Origin: Oceanispirochaeta sp.
GTDB lineage: Bacteria > Spirochaetota > Spirochaetia > DSM-2461
Reading direction: 5' to 3'
Assembly: GCA_963663385.2 (NCBI GenBank)
Contig: CAXXXD010000002.1
Location: forward strand, 576,001 to 640,000
Length of the DNA stretch: 64,000 nucleotides
Positions within the stretch are counted from its first letter, which is position 1, and the number at the start of each line of letters is the position of its first letter. The notes under the pieces are model-generated. The model was given only the letters and a program-made list of their open reading frames with translations. It searched no databases and was not told the origin of the DNA. The position numbers were made by a program, and so were the translations under genes. Below, in pieces: positions 47,447 to 58,800 of the stretch.

Positions 47447-48382
47447 ATGATGCATATGCTATACGATGTTCCCGGCCTTCAGAGCTGGGCTATTATGCTT
47501 TCTGTTTTATTTGCACTCATGGCATTTAATGAACTGGGACGGACAACCCGCTGGGGCGGAATAGCCCTTTTTTTCGTGATTCCTCTTATCCTGTCGATTT
47601 TTGTCTGGCCCGAAACAGCCGCCCCCGGCAACGAATACGGGACGGGGACCTGGTTCAACTGGGTAAAGACTTACTCAGCCCTGGCGGGATGCCTCGGTTT
47701 TATGGCCATCCGTTTTATTCCGGGAATGGCAGGAAAAAAGTGGGCCCTTGCCTTCCCGCCCCTTATTCTGGGACTGAATATTTTTGAAGCCTGTCTCCGG
47801 GACTTTCAGTGTTTTAGCTATGCCGCATGGGACGGGGCCTATATTGATCATCTCTGGGTCATGTCGGGTCCCTGGAATATTATGAACGGAATTGCCGGTC
47901 TGCTGAATATCGTGACTATCTGCGGATGGGCCGGGATTGTTATTTCCAGGGACAAAACCAAAGATATGCTTTGGCCGGATATGATCTGGGCCTGGATCAT
48001 CGCCTATGATCTGTGGAATTTCGCCTATACCTACAACTGCATAGCCGATCACTCTTTCTACTGTGGTCTGACACTGCTCCTCTCCTGTACTATACCCGCC
48101 TTCTTTATTAAAAAAGGGGCCTGGCTCCAGCACCGGGCGGCAACTCTTGGCGTATGGATTATGTTTGTTATGACCGTTCCCTCTTTTGCCGACAGGATTG
48201 CGCCGGTGCCGACAACCCATAACCCCAGGGCTTTTTTCCTGTTAAGTCTGCTCTCCCTGTCTGCCAATATTGCTCTGGCGGTATACCAGTTTATAATTAT
48301 TAGAAAGAGAAGACTGAATCCTTTAAAGGATGAGCTGTACAGGGAAACTTCTGTCTATAATAGAGTATTGTCCGAAGTTTAG
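47447..48382 (+). CDS. DUF5692-like polytopic membrane protein
   Basis: 'WFNWVKTYSALAGC', 'NIFEA', 'GPWNIMNGIAG', 'AYDLWNFAYTYNC', 'WLQHRA'. Confidence 0.75.
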   Translation: MMHMLYDVPGLQSWAIMLSVLFALMAFNELGRTTRWGGIALFFVIPLILSIFVWPETAAPGNEYGTGTWFNWVKTYSALAGCLGFMAIRFIPGMAGKKWALAFPPLILGLNIFEACLRDFQCFSYAAWDGAYIDHLWVMSGPWNIMNGIAGLLNIVTICGWAGIVISRDKTKDMLWPDMIWAWIIAYDLWNFAYTYNCIADHSFYCGLTLLLSCTIPAFFIKKGAWLQHRAATLGVWIMFVMTVPSFADRIAPVPTTHNPRAFFLLSLLSLSANIALAVYQFIIIRKRRLNPLKDELYRETSVYNRVLSEV

Positions 48383-48420
48383 AATATCTCGTATAATAAA
48401 ACATCATCAGGAGGTTTCCT

Positions 48421-49149
48421 ATGGACGAGAAGATTGGAACAAGATCATTTTTAACTGGATTAACCATTACGGGAATCTTCCTGACCGCAGGGCTCTGGGG
48501 GCTGGGGATTATACTGAGCCATGGAGCTGAAAATATAAAGTCCCTTGAGCGGTGTGTTACAGTAAAAGGGCTTTCCGAAAGGGAGTATCCCGCTGATATT
48601 GTAATATGGCCTATACAGTTCAGCGAAGCAGGGAATGATGCTTCGGCCCTGTACGAAACAATTGAAGAAAAATCCCGGCAAATTATAAGCTATCTGGAGA
48701 CAAACGGCCTCTCTCCGGAGGAAATCACTCTTTCCGCTCCGTCTGTTGTGGATAAATCGGCCCGGGAGTACGGCGATAACGCCAATGCCGCCTTTCGGTA
48801 CACGTCTTCACGGATTGTAACAGTCTACTCTGATAAAATTGAAACAGTGCGCAAGCTGATGAATTCCCTTTCAGTGCTTGGCAGAGAAGGAATCATCTTT
48901 GCCGATACAAGCTATCAGGTCGAATACCTTTTCAATCGTTTAAATGAAGTGAAACCGGAAATGATTGAAGAGGCAACCCGCAATGCCAGGGAAGTCGCCC
49001 AGCGTTTTGCAGATGATTCGGACAGTACTCTGGGAAAGATCAGACAGGCTTCCCAGGGGCAGTTCAGTATCTCGTCCCGGGACGGAAATAATCCCCATAT
49101 CAAAAAGGTCCGGGTTGTTTCCACGGTGGAGTATTATCTCTCTGACTAA
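48421..49149 (+). CDS. SIMPL (DUF541) domain protein
   Basis: 'VTVKGLSERE..AD..IWP', 'KPEMIEEATRNAR..A..FA.DS', 'LGKIRQASQGQFSI', 'KKVRVVSTVEY'. Confidence 0.88.
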   Translation: MDEKIGTRSFLTGLTITGIFLTAGLWGLGIILSHGAENIKSLERCVTVKGLSEREYPADIVIWPIQFSEAGNDASALYETIEEKSRQIISYLETNGLSPEEITLSAPSVVDKSAREYGDNANAAFRYTSSRIVTVYSDKIETVRKLMNSLSVLGREGIIFADTSYQVEYLFNRLNEVKPEMIEEATRNAREVAQRFADDSDSTLGKIRQASQGQFSISSRDGNNPHIKKVRVVSTVEYYLSD

Positions 49150-49273
49150 CCGGAAAATCCTTTGGGAATAATTGCTGCCTGTTCTCCTTTTGTCAGGAAG
49201 ATTGAAATACGGGAATTTATCCTTTAGACTTATAATGAGTAATGTAATATAAAAGCTGTTTAAAGGGTTTGCG

Positions 49274-51193
49274 ATGAAAACGCCGGTATGGGAGGGATTT
49301 TCCTGTTTTGACAAGATAGAGGAAGCCTGTTTTTTACTGGATCCGGGAAAAGGATTTATCCACGGAAATAAAAGCGCTCTGTCTCTCTTCTCTGTGAACA
49401 GCATTGAAGAGTTCAGCAAACTGAACCCTGTCCTTTTATCTCCCGAATTTCAGTATGACGGCGCTCCTTCAAAGGAGAAGGCCAGGGAAATTCAGGAACT
49501 GGCTCTCCAGAGAGGATCCCTTATATTTCAGTGGATACACAAAAGACCGGATGGAAGTGAATTCCCGGCGTCAATTACCCTTAACAGGATCCGGACTGAC
49601 GAAGGTCCCGTACTGCTGGGTTTTATTCAAAAAGCACTGCCCCATCTCCGGGAACCCGGTGGGGGAAATCAGGATGATGAGTATGAATCAACAATTAATA
49701 ACCTTCCCATAGGCGTTATTGTTCATAGTGCGGATTCCTCTATTATCTTATGCAACCCGATGGCGGAACACATACTGGGAGTCTCAAAAGAGCAGTTGAT
49801 GAAGCGTCAGGCAATGGACCCGGAATGGCGTTTTGTCAATGAGGAGGGAAACAGGCTTTCGCCCGAGGAATTCCCTGTAAGTCTGGTTATGGCAAGTAGA
49901 AAGTCCCTTGATAACAGGATCTTCGGTATTCAAAGAACAGATCGGGCGGGGTATACCTGGATTCTGGTTAATGCTGTTCCCCTGTTTGATGCAGAGAATT
50001 TTATTCATAAAATTATTGTGAATTTCTATGATATTACCCAGATGAGAAAAATCGAGGAGGAGTTGACTCAAAGCAGAAAAATGGACGCCATAGGACAGCT
50101 GGCCGGAGGAGTCGCCCATGATTTCAATAATGTCCTGACCGGGATTATCAGCTCTGTGGAACTGTTGAAAACAAGTGTAGCTCCCGGAAGCTTGGAAGAT
50201 ACCTATCTGGATATTATTATGCAGTCATCTCAACGGGCTGCCGATCTAAATGCCAAGCTGCTGTCTTTTTCAAGGAAGGGAAAATCCGTATCGACGCCGG
50301 TGAATGTTCATTCCATTATCGATGATACTACGGCCATTCTGGAAAGGAGCCTTGATAAGCGGAACAGGATCCTCACAAGAAAAAAGGCCCCCTATCATAC
50401 CGTAACAGGAGATGATTCCCAGCTTCAGAACGCTCTGTTAAATCTCTGTATTAATGCGGCGAATGCCATGCCGGAGGGGGGAGAAATTCTGATCTCAACA
50501 GAGAATATCGAGTTGGAGGATGCTTTCTGTGAGTCCAGTTCCTTTGATCTGATACCCGGAGAATATCTGCTTATTGAGATACAGGATTCGGGAACGGGAA
50601 TTCCCCAGAAACATATCAACAGGATATTTGAACCTTTCTTTACGACAAAAAAGGCCGGTAAGGGAACGGGCCTGGGACTTGCCTCGGTATATGGGACTGT
50701 AAAGCAGCATCATGGGGCCATTTCTGTTTACAGCGAAGTAGGTGTCGGCTCATCTTTTCATATCTATCTGCCTGTGTGCAGCGATTCTACTCCCATCAGA
50801 AAGAGAGTGGAGAATCTGATTCAGGGAACAGGCGTCATCCTCCTTGTGGACGATGAGGAAATAATCAGGATTACAGCGGAAAAAATGCTCAAAAGTATGA
50901 ATTATGAAGTGATCCTTGCCAGGGATGGCAGGGAAGCTGTTGATATTTTCCGGGAGAATCACAGGAAGATCGATCTTGTGCTTCTGGATATGATCATGCC
51001 TGTTCTGAATGGGCGGGAAACTTTCAATATGATACGGCAGATTGATCCGGATGTTAAAGTTGTTCTGTCATCAGGATTTTCCAAAGCAGAGGATGTAAAG
51101 CAGATGACGGAAAAAGGTTTGAGCGGGTTTATCAGAAAACCCTACCGGAAAGCTGAGTTAAGTAGAATCATAGCAGATATCCTGACAAAATAA
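49274..51193 (+). CDS. Cytoplasmic PAS-PAS hybrid histidine kinase/receiver
   Basis: 'GQLAGGVAHDFNN' H-box, 'LNLCINA' N-box, 'DSGTG', 'FEPFFTTK', 'GTGLGL', receiver 'LLVDD...LDMIMP...KP'. Confidence 0.95.
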   Translation: MKTPVWEGFSCFDKIEEACFLLDPGKGFIHGNKSALSLFSVNSIEEFSKLNPVLLSPEFQYDGAPSKEKAREIQELALQRGSLIFQWIHKRPDGSEFPASITLNRIRTDEGPVLLGFIQKALPHLREPGGGNQDDEYESTINNLPIGVIVHSADSSIILCNPMAEHILGVSKEQLMKRQAMDPEWRFVNEEGNRLSPEEFPVSLVMASRKSLDNRIFGIQRTDRAGYTWILVNAVPLFDAENFIHKIIVNFYDITQMRKIEEELTQSRKMDAIGQLAGGVAHDFNNVLTGIISSVELLKTSVAPGSLEDTYLDIIMQSSQRAADLNAKLLSFSRKGKSVSTPVNVHSIIDDTTAILERSLDKRNRILTRKKAPYHTVTGDDSQLQNALLNLCINAANAMPEGGEILISTENIELEDAFCESSSFDLIPGEYLLIEIQDSGTGIPQKHINRIFEPFFTTKKAGKGTGLGLASVYGTVKQHHGAISVYSEVGVGSSFHIYLPVCSDSTPIRKRVENLIQGTGVILLVDDEEIIRITAEKMLKSMNYEVILARDGREAVDIFRENHRKIDLVLLDMIMPVLNGRETFNMIRQIDPDVKVVLSSGFSKAEDVKQMTEKGLSGFIRKPYRKAELSRIIADILTK

Positions 51194-51771
51194 TGACGGC
51201 GGTTTTTTATATCTACCATATTCCAGTTTCTCGTTATTGCAGAGAAGCACTCTCTGATTGTGGAACAGAATAAACTGCTCAATCACGTGGCTGCCAGAGA
51301 CGGGATGACCAATCTGTATGAAAAGGAACACTTTCAAAAACTGACGGGAGAGATAATAGAGGACTGGGATTTTATTATGCAGCATGCCATGATGTTTGTG
51401 GACATCGATAATTTCAAGTATTAAACGATACCTATGGTCATGATACAGGTGACGAACTGATTATCCATATTGCGGAAACACTGGTACGGTCCCTGCGCTA
51501 CTCGGATATTGCCAGCCGTTACGGAGGGAATGAATTTGTTCTGTGGCTGCATAATACAAAAGTGGAAGACAGCGAATATATTGCCAGAAGGATCCTGGAA
51601 AATTTTTCGCATCCCGTAAAACTGAAAGATCGGGAAATCTCTATCAGCGTAAGCATCGGTATCAGTTATTTCCCCGATGACGGAGACAACCTGGATAAGC
51701 TTCGGGAAGTCTGCGACAAACGGATGTATAAGGCCAAAAAAGCCGGGGAAAACCGGTTTCAGGGGAAATAG
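51193..51771 (+). pseudogene. Frameshifted GGDEF-domain gene
   Basis: One frame gives ...RDGMTNLY...MFVDIDNFKY* (TAA 51422-51424). Another frame continues NDTYGHDTGDE...RYGGNEF...SVSIG...RMYKAKKAGENR. The signature is degenerate (GGNEF). Confidence 0.85.
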
Positions 51772-51966
51772 AAAGAGATGTATTGTTGAATCTTTTCGGG
51801 GTAAATAAGACTTCATTGTCAATACGGGTAGAGTTTGTGTTCTTTTCTTTAGAAGGAGAGTTGGAAGGGGGAGTACTGTTCCTGAAATAAATGCCTTCTG
51901 CCGGAAAATCCCTAAAAAATGAACTACTAGACAGTTTTCTTATCAACATGTATTATTTGTTTAATA

Positions 51967-52752
51967 ATGAACATCAAGTCTGTGCTTTTCTTTATTATCT
52001 TAATGACGTTCTGGCAAATCTTTGCCCTTCCTGTCAGCACAAGTTCTACTCTACTCAATATGGAAGTTTCAGCTGATTTCCTAACAATAGGTGAGGTTTC
52101 TACCTCTTCCCTCTGGTACGAGACGGTTATGCCGGGGTATAAAATCAATTACACTTACAATTATCTCAATCGGAAAAATCAGCTTCATCAGTTTGGGCTT
52201 GGAATCAAGTATTTTGAAAGTAATACATTTAAACTGAATTCCGCCGACCTGGATCCGGGTGATCTGAGATATCTCTCTGTTAATCTTAACGGGGATTATA
52301 AACGTTATCTCCCGATACGGACTCATGTTGATTATATTACGGGCATTGAAATGGCCGGTGCTTACAACAGTTTTGGACAGGTCATAACCTATAATGCAGC
52401 TCGAATAGATAGTTCCTGCTTCTTTAAGATAGGCTCTCTGAATGGTATTTCCTTCAATATCCGGGACCGAATGGAATTTAAAACGCTTCTCTCTTTACAT
52501 GCGGGTCTTCCCGTATATGGTTCTATAGACTATCCCGATGATGTTGAACAAAGTGTGAAACCTTATAATCTGGGAATGAATTTTCATTCGGGGATTTCTG
52601 CTGATATCAGGGATATTTATCTTTGCTTGTACTACGATTGGTTCTACGACTATATTCTATTGCTGGATGATTCCAGTGATTATTTTACTCCCGAAGGCCT
52701 CAGGCCTGAAAGCATCCACAGTATTGGACTGCAAGTCGGAGTGAGGTTATGA
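51967..52752 (+). CDS. Hypothetical exported protein, possibly an outer-membrane beta-barrel
   Basis: Signal peptide, alternating aromatic/hydrophobic strand pattern, C-terminus 'SIGLQVGVRL'. Confidence 0.6.
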   Translation: MNIKSVLFFIILMTFWQIFALPVSTSSTLLNMEVSADFLTIGEVSTSSLWYETVMPGYKINYTYNYLNRKNQLHQFGLGIKYFESNTFKLNSADLDPGDLRYLSVNLNGDYKRYLPIRTHVDYITGIEMAGAYNSFGQVITYNAARIDSSCFFKIGSLNGISFNIRDRMEFKTLLSLHAGLPVYGSIDYPDDVEQSVKPYNLGMNFHSGISADIRDIYLCLYYDWFYDYILLLDDSSDYFTPEGLRPESIHSIGLQVGVRL

Positions 52753-53474
52753 AGTCTGTTCTTAAATTGATTCTACTGGCTATACTTGTTTCCTGTTCGA
52801 TCATAGTAGAGCCAGATGAATATGAAACCATCGAAGGAGATTCTTGTATAGTCATCTGTGACGGTTCTTTCTCCAGAGAAGAATATGAGAGCATTCAGGT
52901 AATGGCCGACCTGGCTATTGCAGATATCCGGGAGTTTACAGGAATTGATTTGACATTTCTCATCCCTTTTTATTTTGAAGATAGGACTGTACAAAACGCT
53001 GACGGATTTGCTTTAGGAAATGGGATTTATCTCAGAAGTAGTTTCCTGTCTTATGACACGGAATACCAGCGCTATCTTTTAAGGCATGAAATAACACATC
53101 TGTTTTTCTCATTGAATTTCGGATATACAACATCGTTTCTTTTCTCTGAAGGGACGGCTGAGTATTTCTCTCATAATATGGTATACGATAAAGGATCAAC
53201 CTCTTTCAAGGATGAACTTGAAGACTGGATAGAACTGTCCTATATCCAGTATTTTCTCAACGAAGAGGAATATACAGAGATCAATGAAGATTTATATCTG
53301 CTAAGTTACCAGTTTATATATTTTTGGAGCAAAACCTACGGAGAAAACAGTTTATTCGAACTTTACCCGGAGATTACTGCCGAGAATATTGTTGAAAAAT
53401 TGGAAGACTACAGCCGCATTGATTTTGACGAATTAGCTTACAATTTTCGCTGTTTTATAGGAAATGATACATGA
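52749..53474 (+). CDS. Lipoprotein with a gluzincin (peptidase MA-like) motif
   Basis: Lipobox 'ILVSC', HExxH 'RHEITH', downstream 'SEGTAEYF'; ATGA overlap with the previous gene. Confidence 0.75.
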   Translation: MKSVLKLILLAILVSCSIIVEPDEYETIEGDSCIVICDGSFSREEYESIQVMADLAIADIREFTGIDLTFLIPFYFEDRTVQNADGFALGNGIYLRSSFLSYDTEYQRYLLRHEITHLFFSLNFGYTTSFLFSEGTAEYFSHNMVYDKGSTSFKDELEDWIELSYIQYFLNEEEYTEINEDLYLLSYQFIYFWSKTYGENSLFELYPEITAENIVEKLEDYSRIDFDELAYNFRCFIGNDT

Positions 53475-54763
53475 AAAAATCTATGCTTGTTTCAACCCTT
53501 ATGTTCTTCCTGTTAATATCATGTCATCAACTGGATTTGAGCGAAACTGAAGATGAAACTTCTGATAATTCGGATTTTATATCCGAGATTACTCTGGATG
53601 ATGGAGGTGAGAGTGAGAGGATTTATATCGGCTATAGTGAACTGAATCCTCTTTTGGTGAAAGTTCCCGTTATACAGAATTCCGGATATTTTAAATTGAC
53701 TCTTTCACCAGCTTCGGCGGGAGCCCGTTCAATTTATAGGGGAGATATAGCTGTAAGGGTTTATGATGACAGATCTTTTATAGGAGACAGCCTGTATACT
53801 GTTTTTTCCAACTGGGTTGATGGCAATCTTGAATTCTATTTTCTTTCGGATGGCCTGGAAAAGAACATTGTTCTTTATCACGATGATGAAGAAGCAGAAG
53901 GGGATTGTATTTTTAATGCCTCTGTTGAATCAATTGATTATGAGGTTGACCTGAGCTTACAATCCGATGATACATTTCTGCGGTCCCTCTCTCCGGGAAT
54001 CCCCGTTAGCGCAACAGTTCCTTACTGGGGGAGTATTACATATTCATATGAAATAAAGAGTATCATAATTGATCAGGAGTATGAACTGATTGTCTCCTGG
54101 GATAAAACCGCTTCTCCACTGCCTATCAAATCGGAAATTATTTCCAGATTATATGAAGTTGATGATGATTACAGTATTGAGGAGCTTTATCGGTGCAGCC
54201 AGGAGACAGGGGAATCCCGCATTTTTCGCATCATTTCCGATATGGGGAGTACTGGAACTGTTGACGGTGTTACTGCTTTGGACTTAGATAACTGCTATAC
54301 GGGGGATACATTTCAGGTTAATTTGAGAGAGGCAACGTCTCACGTTTTCTCTCCTGATCCCTTTGAACCCGATCAGGGGCCTGTCGCGGCATCGATTGAT
54401 AGTATTTCGGGCAGTCAAACCAGCAGTGCTGTACACACTTTCATAAACGATGATATTGATTGGGTGAAGTGGCAGCCCTGGGGGTCCGGGGAGTACAAAT
54501 TTTATCTGGAGCTGGATGATGCCTGGTATATTGACGGAGTGACTGAAGGGATTGAATATAAAGTGATTGTCCATTTAGTAAGCAGGAACGGGGCAGAGAT
54601 TGAAGTATATAAGTCTTACAGCTTTACCGAACCGCCTGTCAATCCTATTATCAGTAGCGATATATTGGAATACACACTGGAGACGGATACAGGGGAACCC
54701 CTTTATTTTGAGATAATTGCAGACGATGAGATAAGCTACAGGATCATTGCTGAAAAACTGTAA
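53471..54763 (+). CDS. Acidic beta-rich hypothetical lipoprotein
   Basis: Lipobox 'LLISC', very D/E-rich, 'DPFEPD...DDIDWVK' resembling a PPC-type module; ATGA overlap. Confidence 0.65.
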   Translation: MKKSMLVSTLMFFLLISCHQLDLSETEDETSDNSDFISEITLDDGGESERIYIGYSELNPLLVKVPVIQNSGYFKLTLSPASAGARSIYRGDIAVRVYDDRSFIGDSLYTVFSNWVDGNLEFYFLSDGLEKNIVLYHDDEEAEGDCIFNASVESIDYEVDLSLQSDDTFLRSLSPGIPVSATVPYWGSITYSYEIKSIIIDQEYELIVSWDKTASPLPIKSEIISRLYEVDDDYSIEELYRCSQETGESRIFRIISDMGSTGTVDGVTALDLDNCYTGDTFQVNLREATSHVFSPDPFEPDQGPVAASIDSISGSQTSSAVHTFINDDIDWVKWQPWGSGEYKFYLELDDAWYIDGVTEGIEYKVIVHLVSRNGAEIEVYKSYSFTEPPVNPIISSDILEYTLETDTGEPLYFEIIADDEISYRIIAEKL

Positions 54764-54972
54764 GACAACGGAATTATCGGGTGATTTCAGTACATATCAA
54801 ACTCATTGTTATCATTATGCTTGAATCCATGTGTGCCTTGATCAGAAATCGTTATATTTCACTAAGAACTCCATTTATTATTTTGACAGCCCCTATTGCC
54901 GTAGAAGAAAACTTATAGTCGCCATAATTGTTTTTTAGTATAATGCTTCCTATCAATCAGGAGTATTATAAA

Positions 54973-55873
54973 ATGAATCACCCCGCACATAAAATCTGTA
55001 TTGTGTTTCTTGTTCTTTACTGTATCTTCCCTGTTTCCGCCCAGTTCGGAGGAAGACCTGGAGGAGCAGACGGACTTGTCGGAGTCGCCGGTTCGGCAAA
55101 GCAGGGTGATTACCGTAGGCGGCCGTCTAACCCCCTTTCGGAAAATAGATCACTCTTTTACTGTAAACGGCTATGTGGACACCCTTCTTGTCAAGGCGGG
55201 AGACCGGGTTCGGTCCGGTTCCCCCCTGGTGAAAATAACACGGGAGGTGATTGGGGAAACCTATCGCCCGGTTATCCTCGAGTCCCGAATCGACGGGATC
55301 GTATCAGAGATTAATGTTTATGAAAAAGAGGAAGTATCGGGCGGACAGTCGGCAGTAACGGTTCTGGATGACAGTCTCTACCTTCTTATGGTAAGCCTGA
55401 GTGACCGGGATGCTCAGGCCGTAAGAAACCTGGGGCGTATTTCTGTAAAAGGGGTTTCGCCGGAAGGAGCGGAATTCTCCGGAAAAATACGGGATATCAC
55501 TACAGAACCTGACTATACGACGGGGCTTTTTACCCTGACAATGGAGTTTCCCCGAAACCGGGATCTGTACCTGGGGTCCGTTCTGTTTGTAGACCTGCCT
55601 GTCCAGAAGGCTGCGGGTATTTCGATTGATCTGTCCGCTTTGGTAAGAGAGGGGGATTCCGACTTTATCTGGGTGCTGAATAAAGAGAACACCCTGGAAA
55701 AAAGGCCTATAGTTCCGGGAGAGGAACAGGATGATAAAATCGCTGTTACTGAAGGAATGACCGCTGGAGAACGGTATGTCCGTAAACCGGGCGGGCTTGA
55801 AAAAGCAGGCATGACCATACGGGAGCTGGTACAGGCCAATATGGCCGGTAATCCGGAACAGGAAAAAAGATAA
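54973..55873 (+). CDS. RND efflux periplasmic adaptor (MFP), apparently frameshifted near the 5' end
   Basis: Body (frame of 55001) has 'G.V..LLVKAGDRV..G.PL', 'SRIDGIV', 'GMTAGERYV'. The SD-preceded ATG 54973 and its signal peptide are in a different frame. Confidence 0.75.
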
Positions 55874-58800
55874 TGCTGCCCCTGATATTTCGAAAATCCA
55901 CAGGATTCTTTCTTCTGGTCGTACTTATGATTATTTCAGGGTTCATTGTATTGTTCCGGCTTCCCGTCATGATGTATCCCCAAACCCGTCGCCCCCAGGT
56001 TATGGTTCAATTGAGTCATCCCGGTATATCTGCCGTGGATTTTCAGGAACAGTATGCCGAGGACATCGAATCCGTTCTGATGTCCCTGACGGACCTGGAC
56101 CTTCTGGAAACGACCTACTCCACAGATTCCAGCCGCTTCAATCTTACCTTCAACTGGAATGTGGACAGTGATGATGCCAGAACCGCTGTCGAGAATCAGA
56201 TGGTTTCCATAAATGCCTCTTTACCCGATGTGATCAAGGACTCCTACAGTGTCCGTTACTGGCAGGGAGAAAATGCCGGTTACATGGTTATGGGGCTGAC
56301 TTCTCCGTCAACTCCCTCGGAGGAGCTTTACTATATTCTGAAAAACAATATCGAACCCCGTCTATTGAAAATCCCGGATGTGGAAGAGATAGGTTTCTAT
56401 AATACCAGACGCCTTATTGTGGACATTGAACTGGAGCAGAAAAAGATGCTTTCCTACGGGATTACCATCAACGATGTCAACCAGGCCCTGCAGTCGGGAT
56501 TCCTGCCCCAGCCTCTGGGATCCATAGATACGGAAGAGGGAAGACTGAGCGTCCGGTTAAAGAGAAATGACAGAAGCCTGGAAAAACTGTCCCGTCTGGA
56601 AATCCGTCAGGTGGGCGATTCCAGCATCACCCTGGATGATATCGCTCTTCTGGATATCCGGTATACCCTTCCTTCCCGGGTTTTTCTGGTTGAGGGAACT
56701 CCGGCCGTTCAGTTAACCGCCACACCCCTGGAAGGGGGAAATGTCAGTTCCATGACCAGTGATATTCAGGAAATCCTGTACCAGGGAATCGAGAACGGTT
56801 TGATCCCGGCCGATACGGATATGGCCCTTTATCTTGATCCGGCCAAGTATATTCAAAACTCAATCAGAAATGTTATACAGGCAGCCCTGCTGGGCGGGTT
56901 TCTGGCTATAACAGTTGTTTTTCTTATTCTGGGAGAGTGGAAAAATACAATCCTTATTGCGGCTTCTCTGCCTGTGACCATAATTATAAGTTTTCTGTTT
57001 ATGGGTATTTTCGGTGTCTCCATTAACCTTATCTCATTGGGAGGACTGGCTCTGGCCGTGGGGATGATAGTGGATTCAACGATCGTTGTTATGGAGAACA
57101 TCCATCGGCACAGACTGGAATCGGAAGGGGCCGAGCGTATTGTCCACTGGAAGACCGTTGTTCTGGATGCGGTAGACCAGGTCCGTTCCCCCGTGATTGC
57201 GTCCACCCTGACTTCGGTTCTGGTTTTTCTCCCCATCTCCTTTACGGCTCCCCTGACCAATGCCATCCTGGGCGATCAGGCCCGAACGGTCGTGTTTGCC
57301 CTGCTGGGTTCTCTGCTTGTTTCTCTGACTCTGGTTCCGGTTCTGGCTTTTTATGCTTTTATGGGGCATCAGAAAAAGGGACAGATCACAGGCCGGCTTC
57401 AGAGGGGGGACGAGAAAATGTTTCACGGGTTGATCGCTCTTTACAGCAGGAGCCTGAAATGGATACTGCGGAGAAAATACAGGGCGGCCCTGTTTCTGCT
57501 TTCAGCTTTCGGTATCCTCCTTTTTTCTCTCTTTGCCGTACTGCCCCGGATCCCCCGGGAGATTATTTCCGTTCCGACTTCCGACCGGGTCGTCCTGTTT
57601 TTCCGAAACTCCGATATTTCCGATCCGGAAGTGTATCTGAAAGAGATCATTCCGGAAATGAATGCCAGAATCGATGCTGTTCTGGGAGATCTTCTTCTGG
57701 AGCGGTTTACCAATCTTTCGGGCCGGTTTAACCAGACCTTCCTCGATCTGCGCAGCTCCGATGATACGGAGGAAGCCATTTCCCGTTTACAGAACGCCTT
57801 TGTTTCGGAAGGAGACTGGTACTACAATGTGATGGCATGGGATCCCGCTGCGCTGCCCCTCCCCCGGAGTTTTGATTTCCAGCTCAGCCTGTTCGGTCCG
57901 GATGCCGCGGAAAAGGTGAAGCTCCTGGCCTCTATTCAAACTCTTCTGAATGAGGAGGGGATATTCCGCCGGACATTTACCGAACCCTCCTCATCCATTA
58001 TTCAGCAGCTGAACCTGACTGCCCGGGAGGAGACCATAAACAGTTTCGCCTCTCTTTCCGAATCAGGCCTGACATCCCTGATCAGGCGTATTTTAAGCGG
58101 GACAAGCTCAATCACCCTTACGGACGGAACCGAAGATGTGGAAGTTTCTGCGGATTACCCTTCCGAACTGATAGACAGCCGGGAGGAACTGGAGGATTTT
58201 CTGATTCCCTGGCAGCAGCACTTTATCCCGCTGAAACACTTTTTCAACTTCAGTTCAAACAGTGGGGTGTCTCAGGTATACAGTGAAAACGGAGAGCCCG
58301 CCTTCCGGATTTACGGAATGGCCGGGTTTCAGATCAGCGACAGCAAACGCCTTGAGATGCAGCGGGAGGCGGAGCAGTTCCTTTCGGAAAATCTGGTTCT
58401 CCCGGAGGGGTACAGCTATACTTTCGATAACCCCAGGGTAGAGATGGACAGGGCCATTCAGTCCCTTTTTATAGCGCTGGGAATTTCAATCGTACTGATT
58501 TATCTTCTTCTGGCCTTTCAGTTTAACTCCCTCTGGATTCCTATGGTTATCCTTGTGACGATCCCTCTCGGGTTTGTGGGAGTTGTATTCAGTCTCTGGC
58601 TTTTTAATTCCACCCTGAACCTGAACTCCCTTCTGGGTACGATTCTTCTGGGAGGGGTCGTTGTGAATAATGCCATTATCATGATCGATTTCTACCTTAG
58701 ATCCAGATTGGAATTCAGCGATTACAGGGAAGCCCTGGCCTATGCCGCCGGAATCCGTTTTCAACCGATAATCATTACTACCCTAACCACCATTTTCGGG

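Noticed and set aside
54928..55314. Independent 128-aa gene
   Set aside because: It overlaps the adaptor gene out of frame; better explained as the displaced 5' end of that gene
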